A DNA stretch of 63,123 nt, the filler included, from Olpidium bornovanus S191 (taxonomy: Eukaryota; Fungi; Olpidiomycota), in assembly GCA_017911155.1 (NCBI GenBank). It is 28 parts of 28 records of this genome, joined end to end, with 100 filler letters (N's around TTAATTAATTAA, not from the genome) between each part and the next. Parts side by side here need not be neighbours in the genome. Positions count along the whole stretch, not along the records: positions 1 to 1,529 come from JAEFCI010003574.1; positions 1,630 to 5,679 come from JAEFCI010001882.1; positions 5,780 to 7,457 come from JAEFCI010008406.1; positions 7,558 to 8,909 come from JAEFCI010007388.1; positions 9,010 to 12,735 come from JAEFCI010005032.1; 23 more parts are not named here. One strand, written 5' to 3'. Shown one piece after another: positions 1 to 11,603 of the stretch. The translations under genes were made by a program, and so were the position numbers. A model generated the notes under the pieces. It made no database searches. It was not told the DNA's origin and saw nothing but the letters and a program-made list of their open reading frames with translations. Within the stretch, counting starts at the first letter, position 1. Every line of letters starts with the position of its first letter.

Positions 1-1111
1 AAGTAGGCGGCGAACCGGCTGATCACGGGCAAGCCCCGTCTAAGCCCTGTCTCTATTTTGTCTTGCGTACCCGTCGTGCTGCAAATCACAATTGTACAGG
101 AAATGTCGCGATCCCTCATGATCCGCCAACGGCGGGCGCGTCACGTTTATCTCGATCAGGGGAACAATCACGAGTGCAATCACCAATAGGTTGTCGAACA
201 GGCCGATCACGGCCTTGCCCTGCATTAACCCTGTTTCTATGCTGTCTTGCATTCCAGTCTTGCCGCGAACCACCGTGTTACCTCACAACTTACCGAGGCG
301 TTGGCACTGCTCCTAGCTCCGGATTATAACGGGAACACAAGAAGGCCAGCGCACAAGCGGCAATCAGCGCGTTTTAAGCCCGGCTTGTCCGCCGGAAGCT
401 AAAACCAGCGGATTTCCCGGTTGCCGTCCTCGCAGAGAACCTTTGCCGTACGTGTATCTAATATGTCTGTGCAAGCTTCAGATCAAAGCAGGAACAAAGG
501 TTCCGGAGCATTAGACCGATTTTTTTCTCCACAAACGACGGACCTCCCTTCACGAAAGGCGGACCCTTTTGGAGAGTGCCGGCTGGCGGTTGAAGTGGCT
601 TGCGGTTAAAGTGAGCGCGACCCAGCAGTAGGCACTGAGGGACAGCAAGCGGGCGGCAGGGTGCGTGGTTTCACGTCGATAGCGCGCGGGCGCGCTTTCG
701 CGGCCGGAACTGTACGTTTCGCGGCACGTGTGCTTCGGGGGTTGTCCAAGCGCCGTTTGAAGGGGGGCCGGGGGAACTCTCGCCCCACGGCAGAAAACCG
801 AATGGGGGCAAGCCGGTCTCCGCCGGCGAAAGGTGACCCCGTATTTGGAGCGGACGGGATTTTCGTTGCCGCGGCAGAGAAGTGTCGGCCGCGCGGCGCG
901 GCGACGCGGCTGTGTTTTCGGATTATTTCCGGAGACCGACCTTGTTCTTCTCCTCCGGCCCGCGCGTTCGTTTTCCGGGACGCGCTCCCGCTTTGCTTTC
1001 TCTCAAATATTCCGGCCACGGGCAAGGACCGCCCACCGGGGCCGTTGTACCCGGTGAGTCGCAGGGCCGGCGCTGTCCCGTCTGCACGGGGGGGGGGGGG
1101 GGGGGGGGGGG

Positions 1112-1148
<37 letters not shown>

Positions 1149-1317
1149 CCGCCGGGGGCGGAGAGCGCATTTTTTGGACGGGGAGAGGTGCCCGATTGGG
1201 GGGGGCAGCCGAAAGAGAGAGAGAGAAGCTGCTGAGAGAGAAAGGAAGCGGGGGGAAAAAAAAACAAAAAAGGAAACCAAAGCCAATCAAAAAAATATCT
1301 CTGCGGAACAAAAAAAT

Positions 1318-1402
1318 TCCGCTCTCCCGGATTCGAACCAGGGACCGTGCGATGACAGTTTCAACTACAGTCGCACGCTACTACCAACTGAGCTCAGAGC
1401 GG
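1318..1402 (-). tRNA. tRNA-Tyr(GUA) with 11-nt intron (1354-1364)
   Basis: Reverse complement reads CCGCTCT-GA-GCTCAGTTGGTAGTAGC-G-TGCGA-CTGTAG-[TTGAAACTGTC]-A-TCGCA-CGGTC-CCTGG-TTCGAAT-CCGGG-AGAGCGG-A. It has a perfect 7-bp acceptor stem, C1:G72/A73 (eukaryotic Tyr identity), an intron after position 37, a B box and a downstream T7 Pol III terminator. It deviates by G at position 8 and a D-stem mismatch. Confidence 0.9.
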
Positions 1403-1529
1403 AGTCGCTTGGGATACTCTCCAACTGCTCCGAGGCACCTGTATGACTTTACACCAGCTGCCCGGTTTGTTCCACGCCCCGCTCCGTCTTTTCCCTTTCG
1501 CTGCTCTGCGTAACGGGTGTTTGCACATG

Positions 1530-1629
1530 NNNNNNNNNNNNNNNNNNNNNNNNNNNNNNNNNNNNNNNNNNNNTTAATTAATTAANNNNNNNNNNNNNNN
1601 NNNNNNNNNNNNNNNNNNNNNNNNNNNNN
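1530..1629. other. Artificial contig linker (44 N + TTAATTAATTAA + 44 N); first of 27 linkers
   Basis: The same 100-nt structure recurs starting at 5680, 7458, 8910, 12736, 14953, 16812, 18349, 20337, 25973, 27845, 29545, 30887, 32314, 35833, 38861, 40405, 43186, 45686, 46900, 48285, 51923, 54152, 55374, 57281, 59795 and 61672. The core has stops in all six frames. Confidence 0.99.
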
Positions 1630-1768
1630 GGGCGACAAAAGACTCGCGGGCGGGCGGGCGGTGCAAATGAGAGGCGGGCCGTCGAGGGGGGAAAATGGGG
1701 ACGGACCGCGCACTTCCGTCAGAGAAAATCCCAACGGCAGGCGGGGGGGGGGGGGGGGAAAAAAAACC

Positions 1769-1807
<39 letters not shown>

Positions 1808-2867
1808 AAGCGCGTCGGGCCAGCTCGTAGGCACTTCGCCTTGGTGAAGATAGACATTGTCAGGGAGGCCCTGTTGGATGTGCAGTTTCCTTTGTGCGGC
1901 AAAAACGTTGCAAGGTAGAAGCGCTTGGAAACCCTTGGGGGGCTTCCGCCAAAAAGCAGACGGAACGTTTCGACGTTTTTGCTAGGCGCTATCCGCTCGG
2001 ACGTGTCCCCGGGACCTCGGGACGCACGTTCCGCAGCTTCACTTCTTTCGACAGCAGAGGCGGGGAGCTGCTGCTGCTGCTGCCGCGCACTAGGCAACCC
2101 GTGGTTCCTTGCGACAGGAAGCCGAACGAGGGTCCTCTCTTCCTGCCACAGGGGTATCCCCCTCCCCGCCATCCGCCCTCTCGGCTTTCCCACGTTGCGC
2201 GACCACCCCGTTCGGCCTCCGCGTCTCGGCCAGCTCCCGCAAGGCCCCCCTGCGGCCTCGGGCCCTCGCGGTCCTTTCAACCGACCTTTGACGTGCGCGT
2301 TGTTCCCGCACGGCCCGGCGTACCTGGGGTTGCAGTTTCTCCCCGCGGCAAGGTGAAGACGAAGCCGGGAGTTTTCTGTCGAACTCTCCCGCTCGCGCGT
2401 TGTCGGGGGCGGGCGGCCCCACCCGCCCGCCCCTCCCCCGTTCTCGCCGCGCCGGCATCAGCAGCAAGAGTGGCGGCCCCGGGGTCGCCCTTCCCGGTCA
2501 GTGTTGCCGGGGAGCTGCTGGCGGTTTGTGCGCCGGCTCCACCGTCCGTCGGCCGGGGGACGTGGATGAAAACACGGGTTTCTAAGTAGACACCGCATCG
2601 GAGCCGGGCCTCGACCCCGTAGCGGCGTCGAGTTCCGTTCCCGTCGGGAGTTCAGGTAAAGGCGGCAAATGCCTCGCGTCCTCTGCGAGGCAGGAGGCCA
2701 GCGATGCATGCTCCCATGATGATGCCCTTGGACGCCACTGTCTGTTACGCACCTGTTGCGCGCAATTTCGCCTCCGCGCCTGAACTGGCGGTGTTTTTTT
2801 TTATAAAAAAGGACCATTGGCGGGCAAACAAACTTTTCGGAACCGCAGAAGCGCAAATCGGGCTAGC

Positions 2868-3001
2868 CTATAAAAACTGCCGCAGCCGAGTGGCGACGCT
2901 GTTGCCCAGGACTTTGTGGACGGCCGCCGTGAAGTGGAAATTGCCCCAGAAGACGTGATCGTCGGGATTTGCGCAAACGTTCAACGCGCCGACGGACAGG
3001 C
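2868..3001 (-). CDS. Putative last exon of a GDSL/SGNH-like hydrolase
   Basis: Reads GLSVGALNVCANPDDHVFWGNFHFTAAVHKVLGNSVATRLRQFL*, resembling SGNH block V (C-x-NP-x-x-x-x-FW-D-x-x-H-x-T-x-x-x-H). An AG acceptor lies at 3003-3002. Upstream exons (about 3080-3420) could not be phased cleanly. Confidence 0.5.
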
Positions 3002-3164
3002 CTTTGGGTCCGGCCACCGTGACGAGGCGCAACGTTTCGTGGGTCGCCGGGCCGATTGTCAGACACGGCCGCGCCTCTCACCTTGAAATCCGCCAGCGAG
3101 TTCCAAAACTCCTGGGTGAGGAAGGAGTCGACGACGCTGACGCGTCTCCGCGCGCACGCACGTC

Positions 3165-3204
<40 letters not shown>

Positions 3205-3210
3205 CGGGGG

Positions 3211-3241
<31 letters not shown>

Positions 3242-3655
3242 CGGAAAAAACTACTTTGTCGACGGCGGAACCGAGGCTTCTTGGGATATTCCAGCCCGCC
3301 CGAAGCGAGAGATACCGCCGCCCTCCCCCCGCCGTACCAGGCCCTTGCTTCCCTCCCCAATCTCCCTACCTCCGCCAACACCTCCGCCGCAAACGCCCTG
3401 CTTCTTGCCGCGCGCCGCCTATAAACCTCTGTTGCGGCCGTGGACCTTGGCGGTGCGCGCGAAGGCGGGGGAGAAAGCGGGGACGGCGCGGACGGGACCG
3501 GGGGCACGCGGCGGCGGGGCGGAACAGCCCGCGTTGAAGGAAAAAGCCCGGCAGGGCGCGGCGGAGGCGGGAACGTCGTAGAGGCGTGTTTCGGCCTCGT
3601 GTGCGCGCCCCGGGCGGACCCCCCTCCCCCCCCCGGCCCGAAAAAAAAAAAAAAA

Positions 3656-5421
3656 ATGGCCGCCTTGAAGAACAGGACGAGCGAGTTCCACGCCGCGGTG
3701 GAGTCCATCAGAGACAGGGCCGGGGCTTCGTCCGCGCTGCGGCCGTCGTTCTCCTCGGAGCGCCAGATGCTCGTCGCCGGCGGCGGCGGCGGCCCGGGGG
3801 GGGGCCCCAACCGGAAGTCGCATTTCGCGCGCATGGCGGGGGCGATCGGGATGGAAATTAACAAGGTCGCCACGAAACTCGAGAGGCTGGCGAAGCGTGA
3901 GTCTCGACCGCGGCGTGGCCGGGTGCGTTTCGCAAACCGAAAAGCCCGCCGAAAGGGGGGTCGGGCGGGGCCGACGTCGTGGATAGTGGCACTGAAAACC
4001 GTGCGCGCACCGGTGGTGGGGGTGGTGTGGTGGGGGTGGTGGCCCCGTTCCCGGCGAACCCGAACCAGTTGCCAAGCAGAAGTCGCTGTTCAACGACCGA
4101 CCGGTGGAGATCAGCGTACGTCGACGTCGAAGATGCCCGCGCGGAACCGCACGCAGATCTAACAGGCCCTGCGACGGACGCCTTGCGGTCGAAACTTGGC
4201 AGGAGCTCACCTTCGTTATAAAGCAAGACATTGCGAAGCTGAACAAGCAGATAATGTCGCTGCAGCAGTACGTCAAGGAGCAGAAGGGGAAGTCCAAGTC
4301 GCGGCACTTCGAAGAGCACACCAGCAACGTCGTTGTGTCTCTGCAATCCAAGCTCGCGTCTACCTCCATGAGCTTCAAGGACGTGCTGGAACTGCGGACG
4401 CAGAACATGAAGGCGCAGAAGGACCGGCGAGAACAGTTCATGCACACGTCCCAGCCGGGCGGCGCGGGCGGCGCGTTGAGCGTGACGACGGGTTCTCCGC
4501 TGTACAGCATCGACCGGGAAGATACGGAGCGGAGCGCGGGCGAGGTCAGCATCAACCTCGGGTTCGACTCGCAGCAGCTGCAGATGACGGACCGTCAGGT
4601 ACGCGCGAGGCAGCGAGGCGGCGTCCGGCACCCCTCCACCCCGGACGGTGAACTCCCTGTGGCGTCTTCGACCGAGGCCGGGCGAAGTGGCGGTCGCTCG
4701 GACGCGGGAGTGACGATTGCGAGTTGTTCTTCGTCACCGTCCGCCCGCTTCCCCCAGGACAGTTACATTGAGAGCCGGTCAAACGCGGTAGCCACCGTGG
4801 AGCAGACCATGGCCGAACTCGGAAGCATCTTTCAGCAGCTCGCGACCATGGTCGCGGAGCAACGGGAAACGATCCAGCGGTAGGCACAGCGGCTCCAAAC
4901 CGCTTTGTGTGGTTCTCTGCGAGTCTGTTTACCTTTTTTCCTTCGCCTTCTGGTTTTCACATCTGTGTCTTCAATAGTCTTTTTCTACGCATCTAATGCT
5001 TGCCCTGACTTCATCGTTGCAACCTTGATCGGCAGAATCGACGCCAATACGCTAGACATACAAAGCAACGTGGAAGCAGGCGGCCGAGAACTACGGTACG
5101 AAAAAGATCAAGCGCAACTCCCATGCTGTCTTTCTCGCCGCGGCGCTGCGCCTAAGGTGACTTTTTTCTATTTCGCAAGCCAATACATGCAGCACGTCAT
5201 GTCGAACCGGTGGCTCATGGCCAAGATCTTCGGCATCATAATATTTTTCGTTCTCCTTTGGTATGCGTCGACGAAGCGTGGACGTTTTGCCCTCGTCTGT
5301 TCGGGGAGGGTGTTTGTGAATGGTCCCGCGATATTTGCGTTCTAAAACCTTTCGCGCCCGGGGCACACGTCGCACCGTCGAATTTTGCCCGGTTCAAAAA
5401 AAAAGGGTGCTGGTCACCTGA
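3656..5421 (+). CDS. SED5: Syntaxin-5/Sed5 cis-Golgi Qa-SNARE, complete, 7 exons
   Basis: N-terminus MAALKNRTSEFH; exons KQKSLFNDRPVEIS, ELTFVIKQDIAKLN...HTSNVVVSLQSKLA, SNARE motif VEQTMAELGSIFQQLATMVAEQRETIQRIDAN; C-terminal TM segment RWLMAKIFGIIIFFVLLW-VLVT* (last exon 5406-5421); GT-AG junctions. Confidence 0.95.
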
Positions 5422-5789
5422 TAGTAATGAAAAAGCCGGTGCCAAGCGCCCACACCGCGTCCTCCGCGTCGCGCGCCTCTTGTCCCGACGCTGTGTTATT
5501 GACCGGATTTCCCTGTACTAGTAAGTCAGGATCCCCGCCCCTTTTTTTTGCACGCCCTCACATGTTCATGAACATAATACCAAGAGCGCACACAAGAGAG
5601 AAAACGCGGCGTGCTTTTGAGATTCGGACACAAAAACGGGCGCGTTTTTTTGGAACATTCCTCCCAAAAACGTTTCGACNNNNNNNNNNNNNNNNNNNNN
5701 NNNNNNNNNNNNNNNNNNNNNNNTTAATTAATTAANNNNNNNNNNNNNNNNNNNNNNNNNNNNNNNNNNNNNNNNNNNNCAACGGTCAG

Positions 5790-6035
5790 CTACGACGCCG
5801 GGACTCTGTGGATCCCTAAGACACTGACACTCGCTATTAATGCCTTCTTTACCATCCTTGCCCTTGTCTTTCCCGTCTCTTTTGCCGCCACTTTGCCATG
5901 CCAGCGGCGCCGCTCCCGTGTAAAGCACTCGGCAACGATGTGTCTGATTTTGCCGCAATTGAAGTGGGTAGTTCCCTTCTTTTCCGCATCTGTCCCCGCA
6001 TCCCCTCCAGATTCGGATCTTCTCGCCGCGTACAA
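5790..6035 (-). mobile_element. Decayed retrotransposon gag fragment with degenerate CCHC zinc knuckle
   Basis: THFNCGKIRHIVAECF resembles C-F-N-C-G-K-x-G-H-x-A-x-E-C with the first Cys and a Gly replaced; followed by a basic tract. Confidence 0.5.
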
Positions 6036-6529
6036 TAAGCATGCCTCCTTGAGATATGTGTTCGACCCGACGGTGCCGCACGTCAGCCTTCCGCAGGACC
6101 GTCATGGTCTCAGAGAGGGGGGGCGTCGTCCAAGTCCCTCGGAGGGGTTGAGGGGAAGGGGGGACCCGGGGAGGCGGGGGTGGCTCCGGAGAGACGAGGG
6201 CTCCCACCCAATACGCAATTCGCGCGCCCGCAAAGACCGCGGGGCCGGGACACGAACAAGCGGCGGATCCAAAGTCATTCGGGAAACGTGCACGTGGAGC
6301 CGGAGATTCCAGGGCGTTGCTGGCTGCCGGTTCGCGCCGTCTACGTGCAGGGAGGCGCAGGAAGGTCTACCTGCTGCCCGTTCCGTGGTAATAGGGCACC
6401 GCGACGTGTCGCACTTGGAAGTGTCAACGCCGGAGAAGGCGGCCACGAAGTGGAGGACGATTGCGAAGTCGGCCTTCGCGTTTTCGCTCGGCCTTGCGCC
6501 GCGAAGCGCTTCCCGCTCTGTTGCCTAAC

Positions 6530-7313
6530 ATGGCGATCGTGGCTGGGGAGAGCCAGGCGAAATGCCTGAGCGATCCTGAAGCTGGTAAGGCGGTACTCGC
6601 CGCACGCAGCGGTGCGCAGGCCGTGAAGGTCATTCGCACGACCAACCTTTGCCCTGCTGTCCGTTTCGTTGCGCGGCCACGAGTCGGAGCTACAAAATGC
6701 AGACCGCCTGATTTCCCCCGTATATGCCGCCTGCAGAGGTCGCGGAGAAGATAGCGGCCGCCAGGGAGCTGAAGGAGGAGCTGGATTCTTCTCTGCTGGC
6801 GAGCACAGGTTCGCGGAAATTCGCGCCAACGTTGCTGCCAGCCATTATGGACGTTCTTCGACGGGGGTCGCCAGTGTTTGACAGCGCGATTCCCGAGCAG
6901 GTATGGATGCGGACGTGTACAACCGTCGATAATCGGCATCCCGGCGTTCTGCGTGTCGACATCGTCGTCCTCACACCTGGATATCCTTCTATTCTTGGAT
7001 CGGCCAATCTACCTGTCGCCGTCAGAAATTACGGTACCTTCTTCTGGAAATCCTGCACCGAATTCCTCACGCAGAAGCCTCGAAAGCACAGGCGCAAGAC
7101 GTTACAAAGCTGATGATTGCACTATTGCGGGAGGAAAACGAGGAGAACGCAGCGCTGTGCGTGAAGGTTATAGTCGATATGTTCAGGACGTTCACCACTA
7201 TCCTCGAGGAACAGGTCCCGGAGTTTTTGGCGGTTGTATGCGAGTTCTACACGGGCATCGATGATGCCGTGAAAAAATTATCCGAACGTCTGGACAATGT
7301 AGGGGAGCCAGAG
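6530..7313 (+). CDS. TRA1: TRRAP/Tra1 (SAGA/NuA4 PIKK-family subunit), 5' part, 3 exons visible
   Basis: Exons MAIVAGESQAKCLSDPEA / EVAEKIAAARELKEELD...GSPVFDSAIPEQ / KLRYLLLEILHRIPH...LLREENEENAALCVKVIVDMFRTF match the Tra1 N-terminal HEAT region; donors at 6585, 6901 and 7314. Confidence 0.88.
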
Positions 7314-7557
7314 GTGAGGTGAAACCTGGAATCACGCATGGCAGCGCAGGACGCAATTTGCAGCAGCGTGTTGAAACAAAAGTGAACTTTCTCATCAACC
7401 TTCGAAGATGGATACCCCGGTGGTAGAGTCCCCAGCTCCCCACGTCGGGGAAGTTCGNNNNNNNNNNNNNNNNNNNNNNNNNNNNNNNNNNNNNNNNNNN
7501 NTTAATTAATTAANNNNNNNNNNNNNNNNNNNNNNNNNNNNNNNNNNNNNNNNNNNN

Positions 7558-8014
7558 CATGCTGGCCCTGCAGAAGGGCCACTTCGCGCCGAACTACCTC
7601 GCGGAACGTTCCGAGAACGACGCCGCAAGGTTTGAGTCGTGGGCGTCTATTCGCGCCGAGATGGGGACCCTCGAGTTCCGCCGCTGGATTGCGAGGCTCC
7701 GGTCCAGCGCCGAGAAGCTCGCTGCCCGGACGGATGACGGCCGCCTTTCGCTCGCGCGCTACGCGCCGCTATCCGAAGACGACCTCCTGTCGTCGGGCCG
7801 CCTGTGGGCCACGCAAATCTGGCAGTCCACCGCGACCGGGTTCGAAAGGATGCGCGAGGTGAGCACTGTTGCGCACAGTGCCCTGCAGTTCGTGTCCGCC
7901 GCCGTCCACTACATCTCGCTGCGAACCTCGCTGGTTAAGGCCCAAAAGATGAATGACACCGCGCACGCTGACGTTTGTCGCGTCGAGCGTTTTTGGGCAG
8001 CCATCGCGCATTAG
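7558..8014 (+). CDS. Unidentified coding fragment (5' truncated)
   Basis: 151-codon open frame from the contig edge with GC3-rich codons and a GTGAG donor-like site at about 7859; no family recognised. Confidence 0.35.
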
Positions 8015-8210
8015 TTCCCGTACATCCTACGATTAGACAACGTAGTCCCCTGTATATTTCCGTTTACTTTAAAATCTCTGGGAAACGCCGTAGCGTGAGT
8101 ATTTGGCGCGCGCGACCGTCCGAATTTGCTTTGTTATATCAAAATCGTTATGGATCCAAATTTGCTTTGTACTATCAACGTTTTTCGTAACGAAAAAGTC
8201 GCAGGAAACG

Positions 8211-8385
8211 CTCCCTCACCGACTCCTCACCGCCGAACGGACTCCGACCTGGGCGGTTCCCGAGCTGCCGTTTGTGCCTTGTAGGACAATACCCGAGCCG
8301 CCCGTTTTAACAGAAGGGTGGGAGTAAAACGCTGTTTCTAAGGCTATCACCGGCTCCTCACCGCTGAACGGACTCCGACCTGGGA
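8211..8385 (+). repeat. Direct repeat pair of about 35 bp
   Basis: CACCG(A/G)CTCCTCACCGC(C/T)GAACGGACTCCGACCTGGG occurs at about 8217 and about 8348. Confidence 0.75.
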
Positions 8386-9249
8386 CAATACAAATGGAAT
8401 TGCCCTTTGTTCACAGTCGCCGCTCTCAACCCCCTTTTCCGCTCCCAGCCTCCCTTTAATCTCCGCAAGAGCTTTGGTGCGATTGTAACCAATCGGGCTT
8501 AATGATAAAAGAATATTTCAATTTGTGTGGCGTCAAAAATGGAACGGCGGCGCTTTACACATGCGCTTTCCTTGACCGTCAAACGTAACCGGTCCTGCTG
8601 GGGAACGACCGGTGCTCAGGGAGAGTTTTTGTTTCTGGGATGGGAACACACATGCAGTGAGGAGGAGAAAAACCAGATTGTTTTTGAATGGAGGGGCGGG
8701 ATTGGGGCTGTTAGACAGTGACTTTCAGACACATCTGGTAACGGGCGATTGACGTTTGGCTGTGGGCCCTCCTCGGGAAATTCGAACGCATGTGCGTCCA
8801 ATGGACGTCGAGAGAGAGAAGCGAGCTTCTCTGCAGAAGCAGGCCTTAGTGAGCGGGAACGCGTTCCACAGAGTCACGCTTCTCTGCAAACGCCCGGCCT
8901 TAGTGAGAGNNNNNNNNNNNNNNNNNNNNNNNNNNNNNNNNNNNNNNNNNNNNTTAATTAATTAANNNNNNNNNNNNNNNNNNNNNNNNNNNNNNNNNNN
9001 NNNNNNNNNCATGGACGTCAAACTCGCGGAGGGCTTGAACAGCCTGGCGAGTTCGGGAACTACCGTCTTTAGCCGGGCTTCGTAATTCTTCGCCGCGGAC
9101 GCTGAAGGGTCGGACAATTATTTTTTTTTTGAATTCAGAGGGGGGTGGAAGGGGGGAACAGGTTGGTGGTCGACCCAAGCGGGGACACGCAAAACAGCGT
9201 CGTCCGGCTAAAATGCACCTACAACCGAGCAACGAGCCGATCAGGCTCT

Positions 9250-9480
9250 GCGTGGGCGAATCGATGTGATACGGGGTTATGTAAATGACCGTGACATCTG
9301 GGTCCAGCAAGTCGACGAGTCTGGCACATCGTCAGCAGTGGGAGGATAGGTGAAGCAAGCTGCGCGCCGCGCGCTCACCGCTCGATTTGAAAGTGCTGGT
9401 GGGGATGGACGTCGCCCGCGGCGGCCCTCGCGATGAAGCTTGTGCTAAGGGAAGGGAGGTGTATCACGGTCCTTGACAGG
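9250..9480 (+). mobile_element. Possible 3' end of a Gypsy/chromovirus element (chromodomain relic, PPT, LTR start)
   Basis: Purine tract AAGGGAAGGGAGG (9447-9459) is directly followed by TGT (9460). An upstream frame reads IRGYVNDRDIWVQQVD, weakly like the chromodomain W-x-G-Y...W motif. Confidence 0.35.
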
Positions 9481-9899
9481 AAATGAGATCAGGCGTCAAA
9501 TTGAGTAACTCGCGACTCGGGGCTTCGGCGCTTCCGGCCGTTACCTTGGCCCTTTGAATAAGCGCCCCCACATTGCCGGAAGCGTCTTTGCCAGTTCGTC
9601 GCACTCCTGAAGGGAACGGATTGCAGCGGCCTGGAGAATTCGAGGGCGCGCCGATCGGGAAGTTCCTAGTTCCGGCGGGAGAACACGACCGACCCAGAGT
9701 CACGCCGATGAGCCGTGGGTTGCCGAACCTTAGATTCGCTCATCATCTGCCGGCCAATTATCACTTGTCTCCGGCGCACGGCAATGGCGTTCACAGCCCT
9801 TTTCTGTCGTTTCAGCGTCTGGTGCAAGCGCCTTTCGGACGTTGAAAAACCAATCTCACACGGTCAGGCTCCGGTGCAGGCGTTTCTCATCGCAGAACG

Positions 9900-11603
9900 C
9901 TGCTCGTCGCAGGCTACCTGTGTTTCAGCATGCGCCAGATTGAAGCAATACGAGTCGCCGCGGCGTGCATGCCGTCGGTTCCGCGGAATCGCTGGCCGGG
10001 AAGTTTTCTGATGCTCGCGACCTGGCGCGCCCGAACAGTGAACGGTAAGCTCTGGTAGAATGGCCCGCTCGGAATATCAATCCCGTGTACGATACCTCTC
10101 CGGAATTGATGATGCAATCCATCAGCTGACTGTCCGTCGCAACATCGAGCAACACCTGCGATGCCAAAGCAGCAACCTTGTCGCAGCTGATTTGCATCCA
10201 AGGGACTTCACCCACGCGCCCACTCGAAATCATAAGTTTGCCAATCCGAGAATCCACGGACGCGGAAGAAATCCGAAGATAAATTTTGCGACACACTTGA
10301 GTACTCTCGAGATAACGACTGCAGCCGTTGAAGAATGACCACCGCCGCTCCCCAGTCGGAGCCTTCCAAGAACTCGCGGAACGCTTCAAACGACGGAGAC
10401 GTAACGTTAAGCTTCCCTTCGGCGACGATCAATTCCAGGCCGAACCTGGTTTGAGGACGGTGCCTCGTAAGTGACGTGGCGGGCGAGCGGGTTTACGACA
10501 AACCAGTGCCCACGACGCACCCTGACGCTAATTTTAGAGCCACGCGGAAAACGCGACGCGCAGGTGAGTTGATGTCCCTGGAGAGACCACGCGGAATTCG
10601 CGACTGTTCTACAATTGTTGACGCCCATACTTTCTTCGCTTGCAGCCACGGCAATTTCACGCTCGCGCGCTGCCGCGTATTCGTCCGGCTTTGTCCGGGA
10701 ATTCGCTGGGGTGGCAGGCCGATCTGGCACTTCGCGTTGTTTCTCCGTTCTGCGAAAAGTAGCGCAAGTCCTGTCTGGCGCCTCCGCACGTTGCGCTGCA
10801 GTCTGATGTATATAATCCTGGATTCAGATCGCTGGCCTGCACGCTGACATCCGGTGACTGCCGTGGAGAGGGAACACACGTACACCGTCGGCAGACTCGG
10901 GCAGGTCAAGCTTCAGCGTGGAGTAGCAGATGCCTTTCGGGTTCTGCTCCTTATTGTACGGTACAAACTGCTCCCTGCGATCGTGCAAAGGGAGTGGTGA
11001 CTGCCGGAGTGGAGGCAAAGCAGTCCGCAAGCTTGGCCATTGGACGAGGTAAGGAGTGAAATCACCGTTGTAGCAGAGCCCGCGGTCGATCAGGGGGTAG
11101 ACGCCAGTCTGTGGAACGCGTTAATTCCGCCAAGCGGTTTGAGAATATTCGAGTCGCAGATCAGCTCCTCGGGGCACAACTATCGATACCATTTCGGCAA
11201 GGATAGGGTCCAGCTCCATTCCAGGTTCCAGGTCCGCATTCGGTGATGCGATTGGTTCGTACTTCGGACGGATTGGGCGGTGTTTTGCAGCCAGGTGTCG
11301 AACCTCGGCGTGCCGCAGGGCAGTTTTTGCCTTTTGAACCTTGAACAGCTCTGACGGCGGCCGGGGCAAAGCGGCTTCGGCAGTCGAACCACCTGCCACG
11401 GGCTTGCTGACGGGCAATCGCGCGTGGGGTTGTTGCCGCATCAGCCGAGCAGGTCCGAAGACAACCCACCCTCGGGGCACCTGAGCCGAGCCAGACTCAC
11501 AGATTGTTGGCGTCGCACCGGGACGGTCGCCGGGGAGTGCTCGGACTGGACCGGCAACGGGCGTTCGTTCTCGGCAGCTCTCTCGCGCGTGCGCTGTGAT
11601 CAT
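9900..11603 (-). pseudogene. Long decayed, intron-free reading frame of unknown (probably mobile-element) origin
   Basis: One frame runs 11603 to 10407 (about 400 codons) with only two internal stops, and overlapping frames continue to about 9914. No splice structure and no recognisable domain were seen. Confidence 0.35.

Noticed and set aside
606-1446. Long poly-Gly/Pro/Lys/Phe ORFs here and elsewhere in the ORF track
   Set aside because: They are translations of homopolymer runs in GC-rich, stop-poor DNA; 661..1446 even runs across the tRNA.
1574-1585. TTAATTAATTAA as a regulatory or repeated genomic motif, and ORFs ending in X...LIN
   Set aside because: It is always centred in 44+44 N, so it is an inserted six-frame-stop linker.
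1806-2760. Possible minus-strand exons downstream of the SGNH-like exon
   Set aside because: Some frames look coding but could not be phased or assigned to a family.
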